Shown piece after piece: positions 1-9,428 of a stretch of DNA of 61,057 bases (its first letter is position 1; the number at the start of each line of letters is the position of its first letter). The position numbers and the translations under genes are program-made. Below the pieces are notes generated by a model. It worked only from the letters and a program-made list of their open reading frames with translations. It was not told the origin of the DNA and made no database searches. Source of the stretch: a virus (taxonomy: Duplodnaviria; Caudoviricetes). The stretch is from positions 1 to 61,057 of IMG/VR virus record IMGVR_UViG_3300046724_000355; one strand, written 5' to 3'.

Positions 1-2
1 CA

Positions 3-179
3 TGCGTCCTCTGCGGTGGGGATGCCACCGACGCCGACCACCACCCCCAGACCCGCAGGGAACTCGTCGACGCCGGCCTCAACCCCAACGACCCCCGATA
101 CGGGCGCGCCCTCTGCCACTCCTGTCACTCGGCACACACCGCCCGATCATCCGGGACCACCCACAACCTGCGGGACTGA
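3..179 (+). CDS. HNH endonuclease (terminase-associated, HK97 gp74-like), C-terminal part
   Basis: Frame 3 reads CVLCGGDATDADHHPQ...ALCHSCHSAHT*; lies just before cos/terS; absent from ORF track. Confidence 0.85.
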   Translation, partial: CVLCGGDATDADHHPQTRRELVDAGLNPNDPRYGRALCHSCHSAHTARSSGTTHNLRD

Positions 180-180
180 T

Positions 181-345
181 CACCACCCCCGCGAATACCT
201 CCCCGGCCCTGCACCACCCCCCACGGGATGGTGACCGTAGGGTCCCCCCACCACCCCACAGAACGATCAGGGTCCCCCCGAGGTCACCACCCCACCGGTC
301 ACCACCCCTGACCAGGGGAAAGGATGGCCACCCTGCACCACCCCC
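181..345. repeat. Six CACCACCCC motifs upstream of the putative cos
   Basis: Copies at 181, 212, 249, 285, 300, 336. Confidence 0.75.
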
Positions 346-414
346 GCCGGCACCTCCCGATCACAGAGGAATGGACCGGTCGGCCGCCCAGGTTGGGTAC
401 CCCCCGGCGGTACG

Positions 415-520
415 GAGGGTAGGGGTGGGGGGTATCTCTGGCCCAGACAGTCCCGAACCGCAGCTCCAGCCCTTCTTCTGCCGGACCGAGTTTTGTGAAA
501 AATTGCACAAAGTCGGCCCT
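415..520. other. Probable cos/packaging-initiation region
   Basis: G-rich GGGTAGGGGTGGGGGGTATC tract between HNH and terS, the usual position in HK97-like cos phages; exact cut site not determinable. Confidence 0.5.
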
Positions 521-615
521 GGTCGGTCGGAAAAGGCCCTGACCTGCGGAAATGCGGCCAAAAGTGGCCGAAAGTCCTGGTAAGGGGTCGTTGAGCGCAC
601 CGAGAGGACTCCGAC

Positions 616-1092
616 ATGGGTAAACGTGGCCCGCGGCCTCGGCCGGCGCACATTCAGATCGTCGAGGGGGCTCGGGAGGGCCGGATCAACCGGGATGAGC
701 CGACCCCGGAGGATTCGGAGGTCTCATGTCCGGCCGATGTGGATGACGATGTGCGTGCGATTTGGGATCGGCTGGCTCCCGATCTGGTCGCTAAGAAGGT
801 TTTGACCAGCTGGGATGTGGATTCGTTTCTGATCTTGTGTCAGTCGATCGCTTTGCGTGAAGAGTGCTGGCGCAAGATGCGGGACCTCGGCGACGAGTGG
901 CATGGTGGCCTGATCAAGCAGGGTTCGGCGGGTGGTTTGATCCCGAATCCGCTGTTCCGCATCATCAATGCCTGTAATCAGGACATCGCGAAGTTCGGGT
1001 CGCGGTTCGGGCTGACGCCGGGGGATCGGGCTCAGCTGAAGATCGACGCCGACGAGGGTCCGTCTGCGGGCGCTGAACGGCTGCTGTCGTGA
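616..1092 (+). CDS. terS: Terminase small subunit (P27 family)
   Basis: MGKRGPRP start, NPLFRI and FGLTPGDR motifs, GAGGA RBS. Confidence 0.92.
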   Translation: MGKRGPRPRPAHIQIVEGAREGRINRDEPTPEDSEVSCPADVDDDVRAIWDRLAPDLVAKKVLTSWDVDSFLILCQSIALREECWRKMRDLGDEWHGGLIKQGSAGGLIPNPLFRIINACNQDIAKFGSRFGLTPGDRAQLKIDADEGPSAGAERLLS

Positions 1093-1247
1093 CCGATCAC
1101 GCTGACGATGGGGTGCTTGAGGCGCGCGTTCCGGTCCTGAATCCCTGGGCCGGGGCCGCAGTGGTGGCGTTGCACTCGCACACGGCCGAGGAACTCTGTG
1201 ACGACCGGTGTTCGGTCTATGACCGGACCTCGGATGCCTCGCGGTAG
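1089..1247 (+). CDS. Hypothetical protein, 52 aa
   Basis: GTGA overlap with terS stop; MTDHADDGVLEARVP... Confidence 0.5.
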   Translation: MTDHADDGVLEARVPVLNPWAGAAVVALHSHTAEELCDDRCSVYDRTSDASR

Positions 1248-1317
1248 TGCGGCAAACGTGCAGGTCGCATAAATTTCCCGGTTTGTTTTGTGACTGATGA
1301 TGACTGGAGGTGCTGTT

Positions 1318-1665
1318 GTGACCGATCCTGTCCCGAACGGCACCCCGCACGGCTTCCTGGAGCGGTTGCCGCTGCTGCTGTCGTCGAAGATCCTGATCGC
1401 CTTCGGCCTGTTCCTGTTCTTCTACCTCGTTCTGTTCGCCGGGATCGCAGCGCTGTTGGGGCATCCGGACGCCGTGTCGGTGCAGACGCAGCTGATCCTC
1501 GGCAATTACACGAACGTCTCCTCCTCGGTGGGCGCGTCGATCGCCGCGGGGGCGTCGGTGCATGCGGCTCGGTCGCGGCAGAAGACCAGCAAGGCGCTCG
1601 CCGAGGTGCACAGGCTGACGTCGGAGCTGCACACGCTCATGCACGAGAAGGGTTCCGCTGAATGA
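1318..1665 (+). CDS. Membrane protein (holin-like topology)
   Basis: GGAGG RBS then GTG; long hydrophobic helix ILIAFGLFLFFYLVLFAGIAALLG; charged C-terminus. Confidence 0.7.
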   Translation: MTDPVPNGTPHGFLERLPLLLSSKILIAFGLFLFFYLVLFAGIAALLGHPDAVSVQTQLILGNYTNVSSSVGASIAAGASVHAARSRQKTSKALAEVHRLTSELHTLMHEKGSAE

Positions 1666-2435
1666 GGCTGGGCAAGAAGCCGGCGCGGTTGGATCGCTAC
1701 AAGCTGCGGCTCTCCGATTATCTGGTCGAGTCGAAGCTTCCGCCGGTGCCGCCGACCTTCGGCCACTACGGTCTGGTGTCGAATTACGGTGTCCTCGCCA
1801 ACGATTCGGTTGGAGATTGCGTCATTGCCGGGGCTCTCCATGAAACCCAGATCTGGAATGCGACGCAGGCCCGCACGGTCCCGGTGTCGGATGCGTGTGC
1901 GATCGCGAACTATTCGGCGATCACCGGCTACGACCCGACCCAAACCGACTCGAACGGCAACAATCCGACCGATCAGGGGGCGGATGTGGGGGAGGCCGCC
2001 CGCTGGCGGATCGCCCACGGCATCACCGACGCCGCCGGCCGGGTCCACAAGATCGCGGCGTTTGTGTTCGTGAACCCGCACAACCTGATCGAGTTGCGGA
2101 CCGCGGCTTACCTGTTCGGTGCGGTCGGATTGGGGTTCGACCTGCCCGATTCCGCAGAGGAGCAGTTCGCCCACAGCATGGCATGGACTCCGGTGCCGGG
2201 AGCGCGTTCTCTCGGCGGCCATTACGTGCCGTTGGTGGGCTGGAACAGCGGCTTCGGTATCGGGATCACATGGGGTGAGCGGCAGGCGATTTCGCCGGGG
2301 TTCATCCGCGATTACGCCGATGAGGCGATCGCCTATTTGACGGCCGAGGATCTCAATCGGCATCAGAAGAGTCCCGAAGGCGTCGATTTGGCGGCGCTTC
2401 GGGCTGATCTCGTCGCATTGGAGGCACATCAGTGA
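1662..2435 (+). CDS. Papain-like cysteine peptidase
   Basis: NDSVGDCVIAG (catalytic Cys) and GGHYVPLVGW...ITWG (catalytic His; papain-type GGHAVxxVGY..NSWG). Confidence 0.7.
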   Translation: MRLGKKPARLDRYKLRLSDYLVESKLPPVPPTFGHYGLVSNYGVLANDSVGDCVIAGALHETQIWNATQARTVPVSDACAIANYSAITGYDPTQTDSNGNNPTDQGADVGEAARWRIAHGITDAAGRVHKIAAFVFVNPHNLIELRTAAYLFGAVGLGFDLPDSAEEQFAHSMAWTPVPGARSLGGHYVPLVGWNSGFGIGITWGERQAISPGFIRDYADEAIAYLTAEDLNRHQKSPEGVDLAALRADLVALEAHQ

Positions 2436-2755
2436 GCGAGATCGATTGGCGCGGATTCCTAGATCGGAACCAGCCGCATGCATCGGCCCCTGTCCCGTCG
2501 TGGGCGTGGGTCGCCATTCAGATGCTCGGGGAACTCCTCGAGGGATTGGAAAAGGTCATGGCCGACCAGGATGTTTTGAACCAGTTCGTTTCCGACTTGG
2601 GTACTGCTATCGCTGCGGTGGCCGCGGAGATTCAGGCGCTGAAGAACCAGCCTGCCGCGACTCCGCTGGACTGGACCGCTGCGGATGCCGCGCTGTCCAA
2701 CCTGCAGGGCCTCGAGCCCCCGGCTCCGGCGCCGAGCCCGGCCCCCGGCGCGTAG
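2432..2755 (+). CDS. Hypothetical protein, helical with Pro-rich tail
   Basis: GTGA coupling; alternative start 2558. Confidence 0.65.
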   Translation: MSEIDWRGFLDRNQPHASAPVPSWAWVAIQMLGELLEGLEKVMADQDVLNQFVSDLGTAIAAVAAEIQALKNQPAATPLDWTAADAALSNLQGLEPPAPAPSPAPGA

Positions 2756-2785
2756 TTCAGCGAGCTGCAGGCGGGAGGTCCGACG

Positions 2786-4447
2786 ATGGAACCTCCCGTC
2801 TGCGGTCGTGTCCTCGACGGCATCGAATGCCTCGAGGTCGGTGACCACTACTGCATCCCTCGGGCCGATCATGTTGTGCGGTTCTTCTCCGAGCTGCTGC
2901 AGCACCCGAAAGGGACGTTCGCCCGCAAACGGTTCGTCCTGAAGTCGTGGCAGGAGAACGACATCATCCGCCCGTTGTTCGGGTCGACGGTGTGGAGTCC
3001 AGAGCACCAGGCGTATCGGCGTCGGTATGAGATCGCGTTCATCGAGCTCGGCCGCAAGAACGGCAAGTCCGCTTTGTTGGCCGGGGTCATGCTCTACCTG
3101 CTATTCGCTGATGGCGAGCAAGAGGCCGAGCTGTATTCGATTGCGAAGGACCGCAATCAGGCGTCGCTGATTTTCGATACCGCAGCTCAGATGGTGTTGA
3201 TGAACCCGGTGCTGTCGAAGCGCTGCAAGGTGATCAAGTCCGTCAAGCGGATCATCAAGCAGGACACGAACTCGATATACAGGGTTATCGCCAGCGACGC
3301 AGCGTCCGCGCTCGGAAGTAATCCGTCCGGTGTTGCGGCCGACGAGATCTTGGCGTGGCCCAACGGTGAGATGTGGGATGCGATGCGGTCCGGCATGGGT
3401 TCGATGGCACGGCTACAACCGTTGATCATCGCCGCCACCACCGCCGGTAATGACACCGAATCCTTCGGCGGCCAAATGCATGCGGAGATGTGCAAGGTCG
3501 CTGACGACCCGATGTACATGCCGCACGCGTTCGTGTACATCCGCAACACCCCGCGCGATGCCGATCCGTTCCTGGAAGAGAACTGGTTCCATGCGAACCC
3601 GGCTCTGGGGGACTTCCTGAGCGTCGAGACGATGCGCAAGCTCGCCATCGAAGCTCGCAATTCCCCGGCCCGGCTACGGGCGTACCAGCAATTTCAGCTC
3701 AACCAGTGGGTCAACAGCTCCGTGAGCTGGATGGCGATGCACGAGTTCGACGAATGCAAAGGCATCGTCTACAAGACCGCGCAGGAAGCCCGGGATGCGT
3801 TCAGCGGCCGGGACTGCTGGTTCGGTTTGGACCTGGCGAGCCGACAAGACTTGTGCGCCATGGCTTACTTGTTCCCGTCGGGCGATGAGTGTGATCTGTT
3901 GTGGCGGTTCTGGATCCCCGAAGCAGGGTTCGAGAAACTCAACGCCGCCAACGAAGGACGCCTCGGGCCGTGGGTTCGCGACGGTTGGTTGCAGGTCACC
4001 GAGGGTGAAGTTTTGGACTTCGAACAGGTGTATGCCGATATCGAAGCGGATTCGCTGCGGTTCCAGATCCTTGGCGGCGACGCCGATAAATGGGCCAGCG
4101 ACGCGGTGATCCAGGAAGTCGGGCGGCGCACCTACGTGCAGGACATCTACGCCTACGAAAACAAGTTCTCGGCGATGAGCGACGGCATGCACCGCGTGTT
4201 CGAGGGTGTGAAGACTCGAAAGCTGCGCTGGCACGGTAATCCTGTGGCGCGCTTCACCTTCGACGCGACCCAAGCGCGAATAGCGCCGTTCGACCCGGAC
4301 ATCATCCGCCCGGATAAGCCGAACCGGCAGAAGGTCAGCAAACGCATCGACGGTGTACCCGCAGCGATCATGGCGACCAATGCGTGGACAGGCCGAGGCA
4401 ACGCACACATGTCCGTATATGCGACATCCGACGTTCTGGCGCTGTGA
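2786..4447 (+). CDS. terL: Terminase large subunit
   Basis: Walker A GRKNGKS, Walker B AADE, ATTAG, GLDLAS and RIDG nuclease motifs. Confidence 0.97.
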   Translation: MEPPVCGRVLDGIECLEVGDHYCIPRADHVVRFFSELLQHPKGTFARKRFVLKSWQENDIIRPLFGSTVWSPEHQAYRRRYEIAFIELGRKNGKSALLAGVMLYLLFADGEQEAELYSIAKDRNQASLIFDTAAQMVLMNPVLSKRCKVIKSVKRIIKQDTNSIYRVIASDAASALGSNPSGVAADEILAWPNGEMWDAMRSGMGSMARLQPLIIAATTAGNDTESFGGQMHAEMCKVADDPMYMPHAFVYIRNTPRDADPFLEENWFHANPALGDFLSVETMRKLAIEARNSPARLRAYQQFQLNQWVNSSVSWMAMHEFDECKGIVYKTAQEARDAFSGRDCWFGLDLASRQDLCAMAYLFPSGDECDLLWRFWIPEAGFEKLNAANEGRLGPWVRDGWLQVTEGEVLDFEQVYADIEADSLRFQILGGDADKWASDAVIQEVGRRTYVQDIYAYENKFSAMSDGMHRVFEGVKTRKLRWHGNPVARFTFDATQARIAPFDPDIIRPDKPNRQKVSKRIDGVPAAIMATNAWTGRGNAHMSVYATSDVLAL

Positions 4448-4458
4448 GGAGGGGCTGA

Positions 4459-4701
4459 GTGTTCCGACGAAAGCGCGTGCTGGACAAGGTGGTCCGCCAG
4501 AAGTTCGTTATCAGCCTCAAGTCGGGGGCGATGATGTCCGGCCTGTTGGCCGAGCACGACGAGCAGGTACTGGTGTTCGCTCACGTGAAGGTGCGGCAGG
4601 CGAACGATTCTTGGGTGGCCGCGCCCGAAGGGCTGACGTATCTGTTCGTCGCGGACGTCGAGTCGTTGCAGAAGGTGTCGGTGACCGATGCTCCTCAATA
4701 A
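4459..4701 (+). CDS. Hypothetical protein, small beta-barrel-like
   Basis: GAGGAGG RBS; sits between terL and portal. Confidence 0.75.
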   Translation: MFRRKRVLDKVVRQKFVISLKSGAMMSGLLAEHDEQVLVFAHVKVRQANDSWVAAPEGLTYLFVADVESLQKVSVTDAPQ

Positions 4702-6265
4702 TGGGCAGAAGATCGAGCTGGCACCGCAGGGGCTCGCGGAGCTGGTCCCGCAGATCGTCACCGGCTACTACTACCCGGACGTCGGTTTCGAGCTCGAACG
4801 CAACTTTGCCCTGTACGGGGAGATGTATCGGGCGCAGCCGTGGTTGCGGACGGTGATCGACAAGCGCGCCAACGCTGTTGCGCGGCTCTCGCTCGAGGTG
4901 TGGAACGACGCCGGCAATACTCGTCAGCTCGATACCACTTCTGGTTATGCGAAGTTCGCGGCGAAGCCGTGTGCGTTCATGTCGCCGTTCCGGTTCTGGA
5001 GCTGGACGCAGTCGACGGTCGACATTTATGGCGAATCCTATTGGGCTCTGGTGAAAGATAAGTCGACGGGCAAGCCGACGAGTGCGATGCCGATGCATCC
5101 GTCCCGGGTGGCGATCAAACGTAGCCCGGACACCGGCAAGTACTTGTACATGTTCCAATCCGGATCCGGTCCGGCATCGTCGCTGGTGACGTTCGCCGAG
5201 GAGGATGTGGTCGCGTTCCGGTTGTTCAATCCGCTGAAGCTGGAACGTGGTTTGTCTCGGCTGGAGAGCTTGCGCTCCACGATCCTGGCCGAGGATTCCT
5301 CCAGGAACGCGATGGCGGCGTCGTGGAAGACCGGCGGTCGTCCCGGCATGGTGTTGTCGTCGGACAAGGCCCTCGGCGACGCCGGCCGGAAGCGGCTGAA
5401 GGATTCGTTCGACGCCTCGTACTCGGGGAGCTCGGCGGCGGGGAAGACACTTGTCCTCGAGGACGGTTTGAAGCCGTTCCCGATCCAGATGACCGCAGTT
5501 GAGCTGCAGATGATCGAGACACGGCAGCTCAACCGCGAAGAGGTATGTGGCGTGTTCGATATCGCCCCGCCGATCGTGCAAATTTTGGATCACGCGACGT
5601 TCAGCAACATTTCGGCTCAGATGCGGGCCTTCTACCGGGACACGATGGCACCGGTGCTGGAGATGCTGGAGGACGACCTTGACGCCCAGGTCGGAAGCTA
5701 CTTCCAGGGTGCGAAGTCGGCCCGCTTCAGCGTTGATGAGGTGATGCGCGGCGATTGGGAGACCCGGGCCGATGCCGCGGCACGGCTGGCGCTTACGGGT
5801 GCGCTTACCCCGAACGAGGAGCGCGAGCTCATGGGTTACTCCCGCTACGAAGGCCCGGACGCGCACAAGGCAGACCTGTTGTACGCCAACGCCGCGATGC
5901 AGCCGCTCGGCGAGCCCGCGGAGCGCATCACCCTCACCGGCCCGGTCGGTCACGATCCGGACGGGGTCGCGCTGGACCTCACCCAGCAGGGAGTCCCGGC
6001 CACGCATGTGCCGTCACCGAACGGTTCTGGAGGTGCCGACGTGCCGCAATTGAATCACCCTGCCGCGCAAGCGGCCCTGCCCGCGGCTACGGCACCGGCC
6101 GCGTTGGAGCCGCCGAAGCATTTGCGGGCGGTGAAGGGCGCGCTCGGCCGCGGCCGGGACTTGAAGGAATTTGCGATGCAGCTGGCCGAGAAGTGTCCCG
6201 AGGACCTCGAGGACATCCTCCGCGCGGTCGCGATCGCTATCCAGCAGCGGGATTCCGCTGCGTGA
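4688..6265 (+). CDS. Portal protein (HK97 family)
   Basis: YGESYW, PMHPSRV, GLSRLE, LTPNEER motifs; gene order. Confidence 0.95.
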   Translation: MLLNNGQKIELAPQGLAELVPQIVTGYYYPDVGFELERNFALYGEMYRAQPWLRTVIDKRANAVARLSLEVWNDAGNTRQLDTTSGYAKFAAKPCAFMSPFRFWSWTQSTVDIYGESYWALVKDKSTGKPTSAMPMHPSRVAIKRSPDTGKYLYMFQSGSGPASSLVTFAEEDVVAFRLFNPLKLERGLSRLESLRSTILAEDSSRNAMAASWKTGGRPGMVLSSDKALGDAGRKRLKDSFDASYSGSSAAGKTLVLEDGLKPFPIQMTAVELQMIETRQLNREEVCGVFDIAPPIVQILDHATFSNISAQMRAFYRDTMAPVLEMLEDDLDAQVGSYFQGAKSARFSVDEVMRGDWETRADAAARLALTGALTPNEERELMGYSRYEGPDAHKADLLYANAAMQPLGEPAERITLTGPVGHDPDGVALDLTQQGVPATHVPSPNGSGGADVPQLNHPAAQAALPAATAPAALEPPKHLRAVKGALGRGRDLKEFAMQLAEKCPEDLEDILRAVAIAIQQRDSAA

Positions 6266-6312
6266 CAACACGATTCCAGCCGAGTCGCCCCGTCTATGAG
6301 GAGTAGATACTC

Positions 6313-7791
6313 ATGCTCGTAACGAAGGCCACAGCGGCAATCCAGCCGGGCGCCGACGACTCGGCTTCTGACACCGGGAGCTTCGATATCATCTTGTCCG
6401 CGCAGACCCGCGACCGTGACGGGGACGTGTTCAAGGCGTCGGAGTGGAAAACGCCTCTGCCGGAGTGGATCCCGATCGACGTCGATCACGCGATGAGCGT
6501 GGAGAAGACCGTCGGCAGCGGCAGGCCGTACATCAACGATGACGGCGACTTGCAGGTCACCGGCACCTACGCGTCGACTCCGTTGGCGCAGCAGACCCGG
6601 ACCCTCGTCAACGAAGGCCACGTCCGGTACGTGTCCGTGGCGGTCATGACCGATAAGAGCTTGAAGGACGGCAGCCCGAACCGGGAGCTGCTCAACGGCG
6701 CCTTCGTGAACACACCGTCGAATCGTGAGGCGGTCATCTTGGCGTCGAAGGGCCTCGCTCTCGGGGAAGAGATCGAGGTTAAGGCCGACGACTCGAAGAA
6801 GCCCTATGGCGATGTGGCGTATGCGGATCCGGGCTACCAGAAGGACGGTCAGCACAGGTATCCCCTGGACACGGCCGCACATGTGCGCAGCGCTTGGTCG
6901 TACGTGAACATGCCGAAGAACTCGAGTCTGTACACGGCCGCGCAGTTGGCGAAGGTCAAGGACAAGATCAAGGCCGCGGCCGAGAAGTTCGGCATCGAGA
7001 TCTCCGATGACACGAAGGCCACAGAGGCCGACGATGCGACCATGAAGGCGGGTGCCCGAAACTCGGGCGCGGACTCGAAGATGATCCAGGCCATCCACGA
7101 CGCCTCGAGCCTGCTCGGCGCCGAATGCGCCAGCGAAGCCGCCCCCGATGCCGGTTCCGGCGCGGATGAGGGCGCGAACAAGTCGGCGTGGCGCGCGATG
7201 ATCGTCGGCAAGGCTCTTGCAGGCAGCGTCGAAGACCTCCGTGACCGGCTCTCGGACGCGGTGCAGGATGTCGCCGGGGATGACTGCTGGATCTGGGTGC
7301 GTGCCACGTTCCTCGATGCGGGCGGCAACTCGGGGACTGTCGTCTATGACCTCGGCGAGGAAACCTACAGTCGCACCTTTACTGACGAGGACGGCCTGAT
7401 CACCCTCGGCGGCACTCTTGAGTGCGTCACGTTCGTCACTTCGGTCGCTCCGGCGCCAGCGCAGGTCGATGATGACCCGTCCGACACTGTCGAAGGCTCG
7501 GCTGACGAGCACGACGAAGAGGATGACGACGCCGAAATGCGTGGGCTGGACCGGTCCGCGTTTCTCGCCCAGCTCGACGCGATCACCAAGACTTCCGGCC
7601 AGAAGGCCGGATCGCCTGATTCACCCGCCGCACCCGCCGAACCTCCCGCCGACGCCGCACCTTCGGGTCCCGCTGACGCTGCAGGGGATGCCGCTGATAT
7701 GGCCGCTGAAGAGATGGCGCAGAAAACGGCAGCAGAGATGCTCGCCGGATTGTTCAGCGCTCAGGTCACGCTCTCGACCCTCGAGCACTAA
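6313..7791 (+). CDS. Prohead maturation protease with DUF6582-like insert and acidic scaffold-like C-terminus
   Basis: DRDGD, DH, SV and PSNREA motifs of HK97-type proteases; KPYGDVAYADPGYQ...RYPLDT domain. Confidence 0.85.
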   Translation: MLVTKATAAIQPGADDSASDTGSFDIILSAQTRDRDGDVFKASEWKTPLPEWIPIDVDHAMSVEKTVGSGRPYINDDGDLQVTGTYASTPLAQQTRTLVNEGHVRYVSVAVMTDKSLKDGSPNRELLNGAFVNTPSNREAVILASKGLALGEEIEVKADDSKKPYGDVAYADPGYQKDGQHRYPLDTAAHVRSAWSYVNMPKNSSLYTAAQLAKVKDKIKAAAEKFGIEISDDTKATEADDATMKAGARNSGADSKMIQAIHDASSLLGAECASEAAPDAGSGADEGANKSAWRAMIVGKALAGSVEDLRDRLSDAVQDVAGDDCWIWVRATFLDAGGNSGTVVYDLGEETYSRTFTDEDGLITLGGTLECVTFVTSVAPAPAQVDDDPSDTVEGSADEHDEEDDDAEMRGLDRSAFLAQLDAITKTSGQKAGSPDSPAAPAEPPADAAPSGPADAAGDAADMAAEEMAQKTAAEMLAGLFSAQVTLSTLEH

Positions 7792-7871
7792 CCAACTCAC
7801 CTTTTCCGCCTAAACGCGCTCACCCGCAACGGGTTTGACGCGCTGTTCGGCGTACCCGAAAGAAGGCGATA

Positions 7872-9371
7872 ATGCCCAATTCAGCGCAGCTTGTCTCGCG
7901 CGCCAAGGAAATCGAGGCGGCGGTCAAGTCCATCAGCCAGGACCCGGAACTCACCGGTGCCCAGCGGCAGGAAAAGCTCGACCAGCTCAAGTCTGACTGG
8001 GAAGCCCATCAGGCGGAGGTCAAGAGCTCCGAAGCCGCCGGCAACTTCCTGAAGGTGCTCAGCGACGCCGCGACCGAGAAGTCCGCGGATGACGTCGGCC
8101 CCGAGTCCTACCGCGTCGAGATCCCCAACATCAAGCAGGCATCGCGTGCCCTCGGCATGGCGATTCTGAAGCATCCTGGCTACCGGCGTGCTCTCGCTGA
8201 GCTCGGCGGCCGGGACGGCATGGGGATGAAGAACAAGTTCGACACCGCGTTCGAAGTCAGCTTGAAGGACTCGACCGCCGCGGCGAATGTCATGGGTGAA
8301 GGTTTGTTCGGCACCACCGGACCGACCGCCGCCGGCCAGAACCCGTTCCTTCCAGGCGCGTTCGGTCCCGGCATCCAGCCGATGTTCATCCCCGGCGTGG
8401 TGGAGCAGCGGTTCTATGAGCTGACCATCGCGGACTTGTTCACCTCGATCCCCACCACCAGCCCGGATGTCACCTACCTGGTGGAGTCGGTCGCGAACTT
8501 CAACTCCGCGGCCACTGCGGAAGGCGGGACGTTCCCGTTCTCGTCCGAGGAATTCTCTCGGGTGTACGAGCAGATCGGCAAGATCACCAACGCGGCGCAG
8601 GTGACCGACGAAATCGTCCGTGACGCCCCGTTCCTGTTCAACTTCCTGCAGTCCCGTCTCATCGAGGGGATCCAGCGTCAGGAGGAAGTGCAGCTCCTCG
8701 CAGGCGGCGGCTACCCCGGCGTGAACGGTCTGCTCGGTCGCAGCTCGGGCTTCACCGCCAGCTCGGGCACTGGTTCCACCTCGGCTACCGGCACGAACGT
8801 CGTGTTCCCGACCTCCGGTACTCCCGGTGCGGGCGCGGCGGGCGCGACCATCGGCACCCTGCACTACGGTCGCGTCGTCGCGGGCACCGGCACCACCGGC
8901 ACCCCGGCCACTGCGGTGCAGATCGCGGAGGGCGTGTTCAGTGCGATCGTCGATATTCAGACCGCGCTGTTCTACAACCCCAACGCGATCATCATGAACC
9001 CGCAGGACTACCACACGGTCCGGATCGGTAAGGACCTCAACGGCCAGTACTACGGCGGGTCGATGTGGGGCGCGGACTACGGCTACACCCAGAACGTCGG
9101 CACCGGCTACCTCGGCGATCCCGGCAACAAGCTGTGGGGTGTGCGGGTCGTGCAGACCCCCGCAATGCCGGTGGGTTCGATCCTGGTCGGCTACTTCGGT
9201 CCGGAGGTGGCGAACACCCTTCGCCGCGAGGGCATCTCGATGCAGATGTCCAACCAGGCCGGCAGCAACTTCGTCGACGGCGAGGTCACTCTCCGCGCTG
9301 AGGAGCGTTTGGGTCTGGCCGTGTACCGGCCGAAGGCTTTCGAGCTGATCCAGGTCACTGCTGCTGCGTAA
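7872..9371 (+). CDS. Major capsid protein (HK97 fold)
   Basis: N-terminal coiled delta domain, AIIMNPQD, LWGVRVV, LRAEERLGLAVYRPKAF. Confidence 0.95.
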   Translation: MPNSAQLVSRAKEIEAAVKSISQDPELTGAQRQEKLDQLKSDWEAHQAEVKSSEAAGNFLKVLSDAATEKSADDVGPESYRVEIPNIKQASRALGMAILKHPGYRRALAELGGRDGMGMKNKFDTAFEVSLKDSTAAANVMGEGLFGTTGPTAAGQNPFLPGAFGPGIQPMFIPGVVEQRFYELTIADLFTSIPTTSPDVTYLVESVANFNSAATAEGGTFPFSSEEFSRVYEQIGKITNAAQVTDEIVRDAPFLFNFLQSRLIEGIQRQEEVQLLAGGGYPGVNGLLGRSSGFTASSGTGSTSATGTNVVFPTSGTPGAGAAGATIGTLHYGRVVAGTGTTGTPATAVQIAEGVFSAIVDIQTALFYNPNAIIMNPQDYHTVRIGKDLNGQYYGGSMWGADYGYTQNVGTGYLGDPGNKLWGVRVVQTPAMPVGSILVGYFGPEVANTLRREGISMQMSNQAGSNFVDGEVTLRAEERLGLAVYRPKAFELIQVTAAA

Positions 9372-9380
9372 TTCCCGGTT

Positions 9381-9410
9381 GCGTGCGCGCCTCTCCGGGG
9401 GCGCGCACGC
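9381..9410 (+). terminator. GC hairpin after capsid gene
   Basis: GCGTGCGCGCC / GGCGCGCACGC inverted repeat. Confidence 0.6.
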
Positions 9411-9428
9411 CCCGAACGAAAGGGGCTC

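Noticed and set aside
2-583. 193-aa Pro/Arg-rich ORF at window start
   Set aside because: Low-complexity product of the C-rich repeats; the real coding frame is the HNH tail at 3-179
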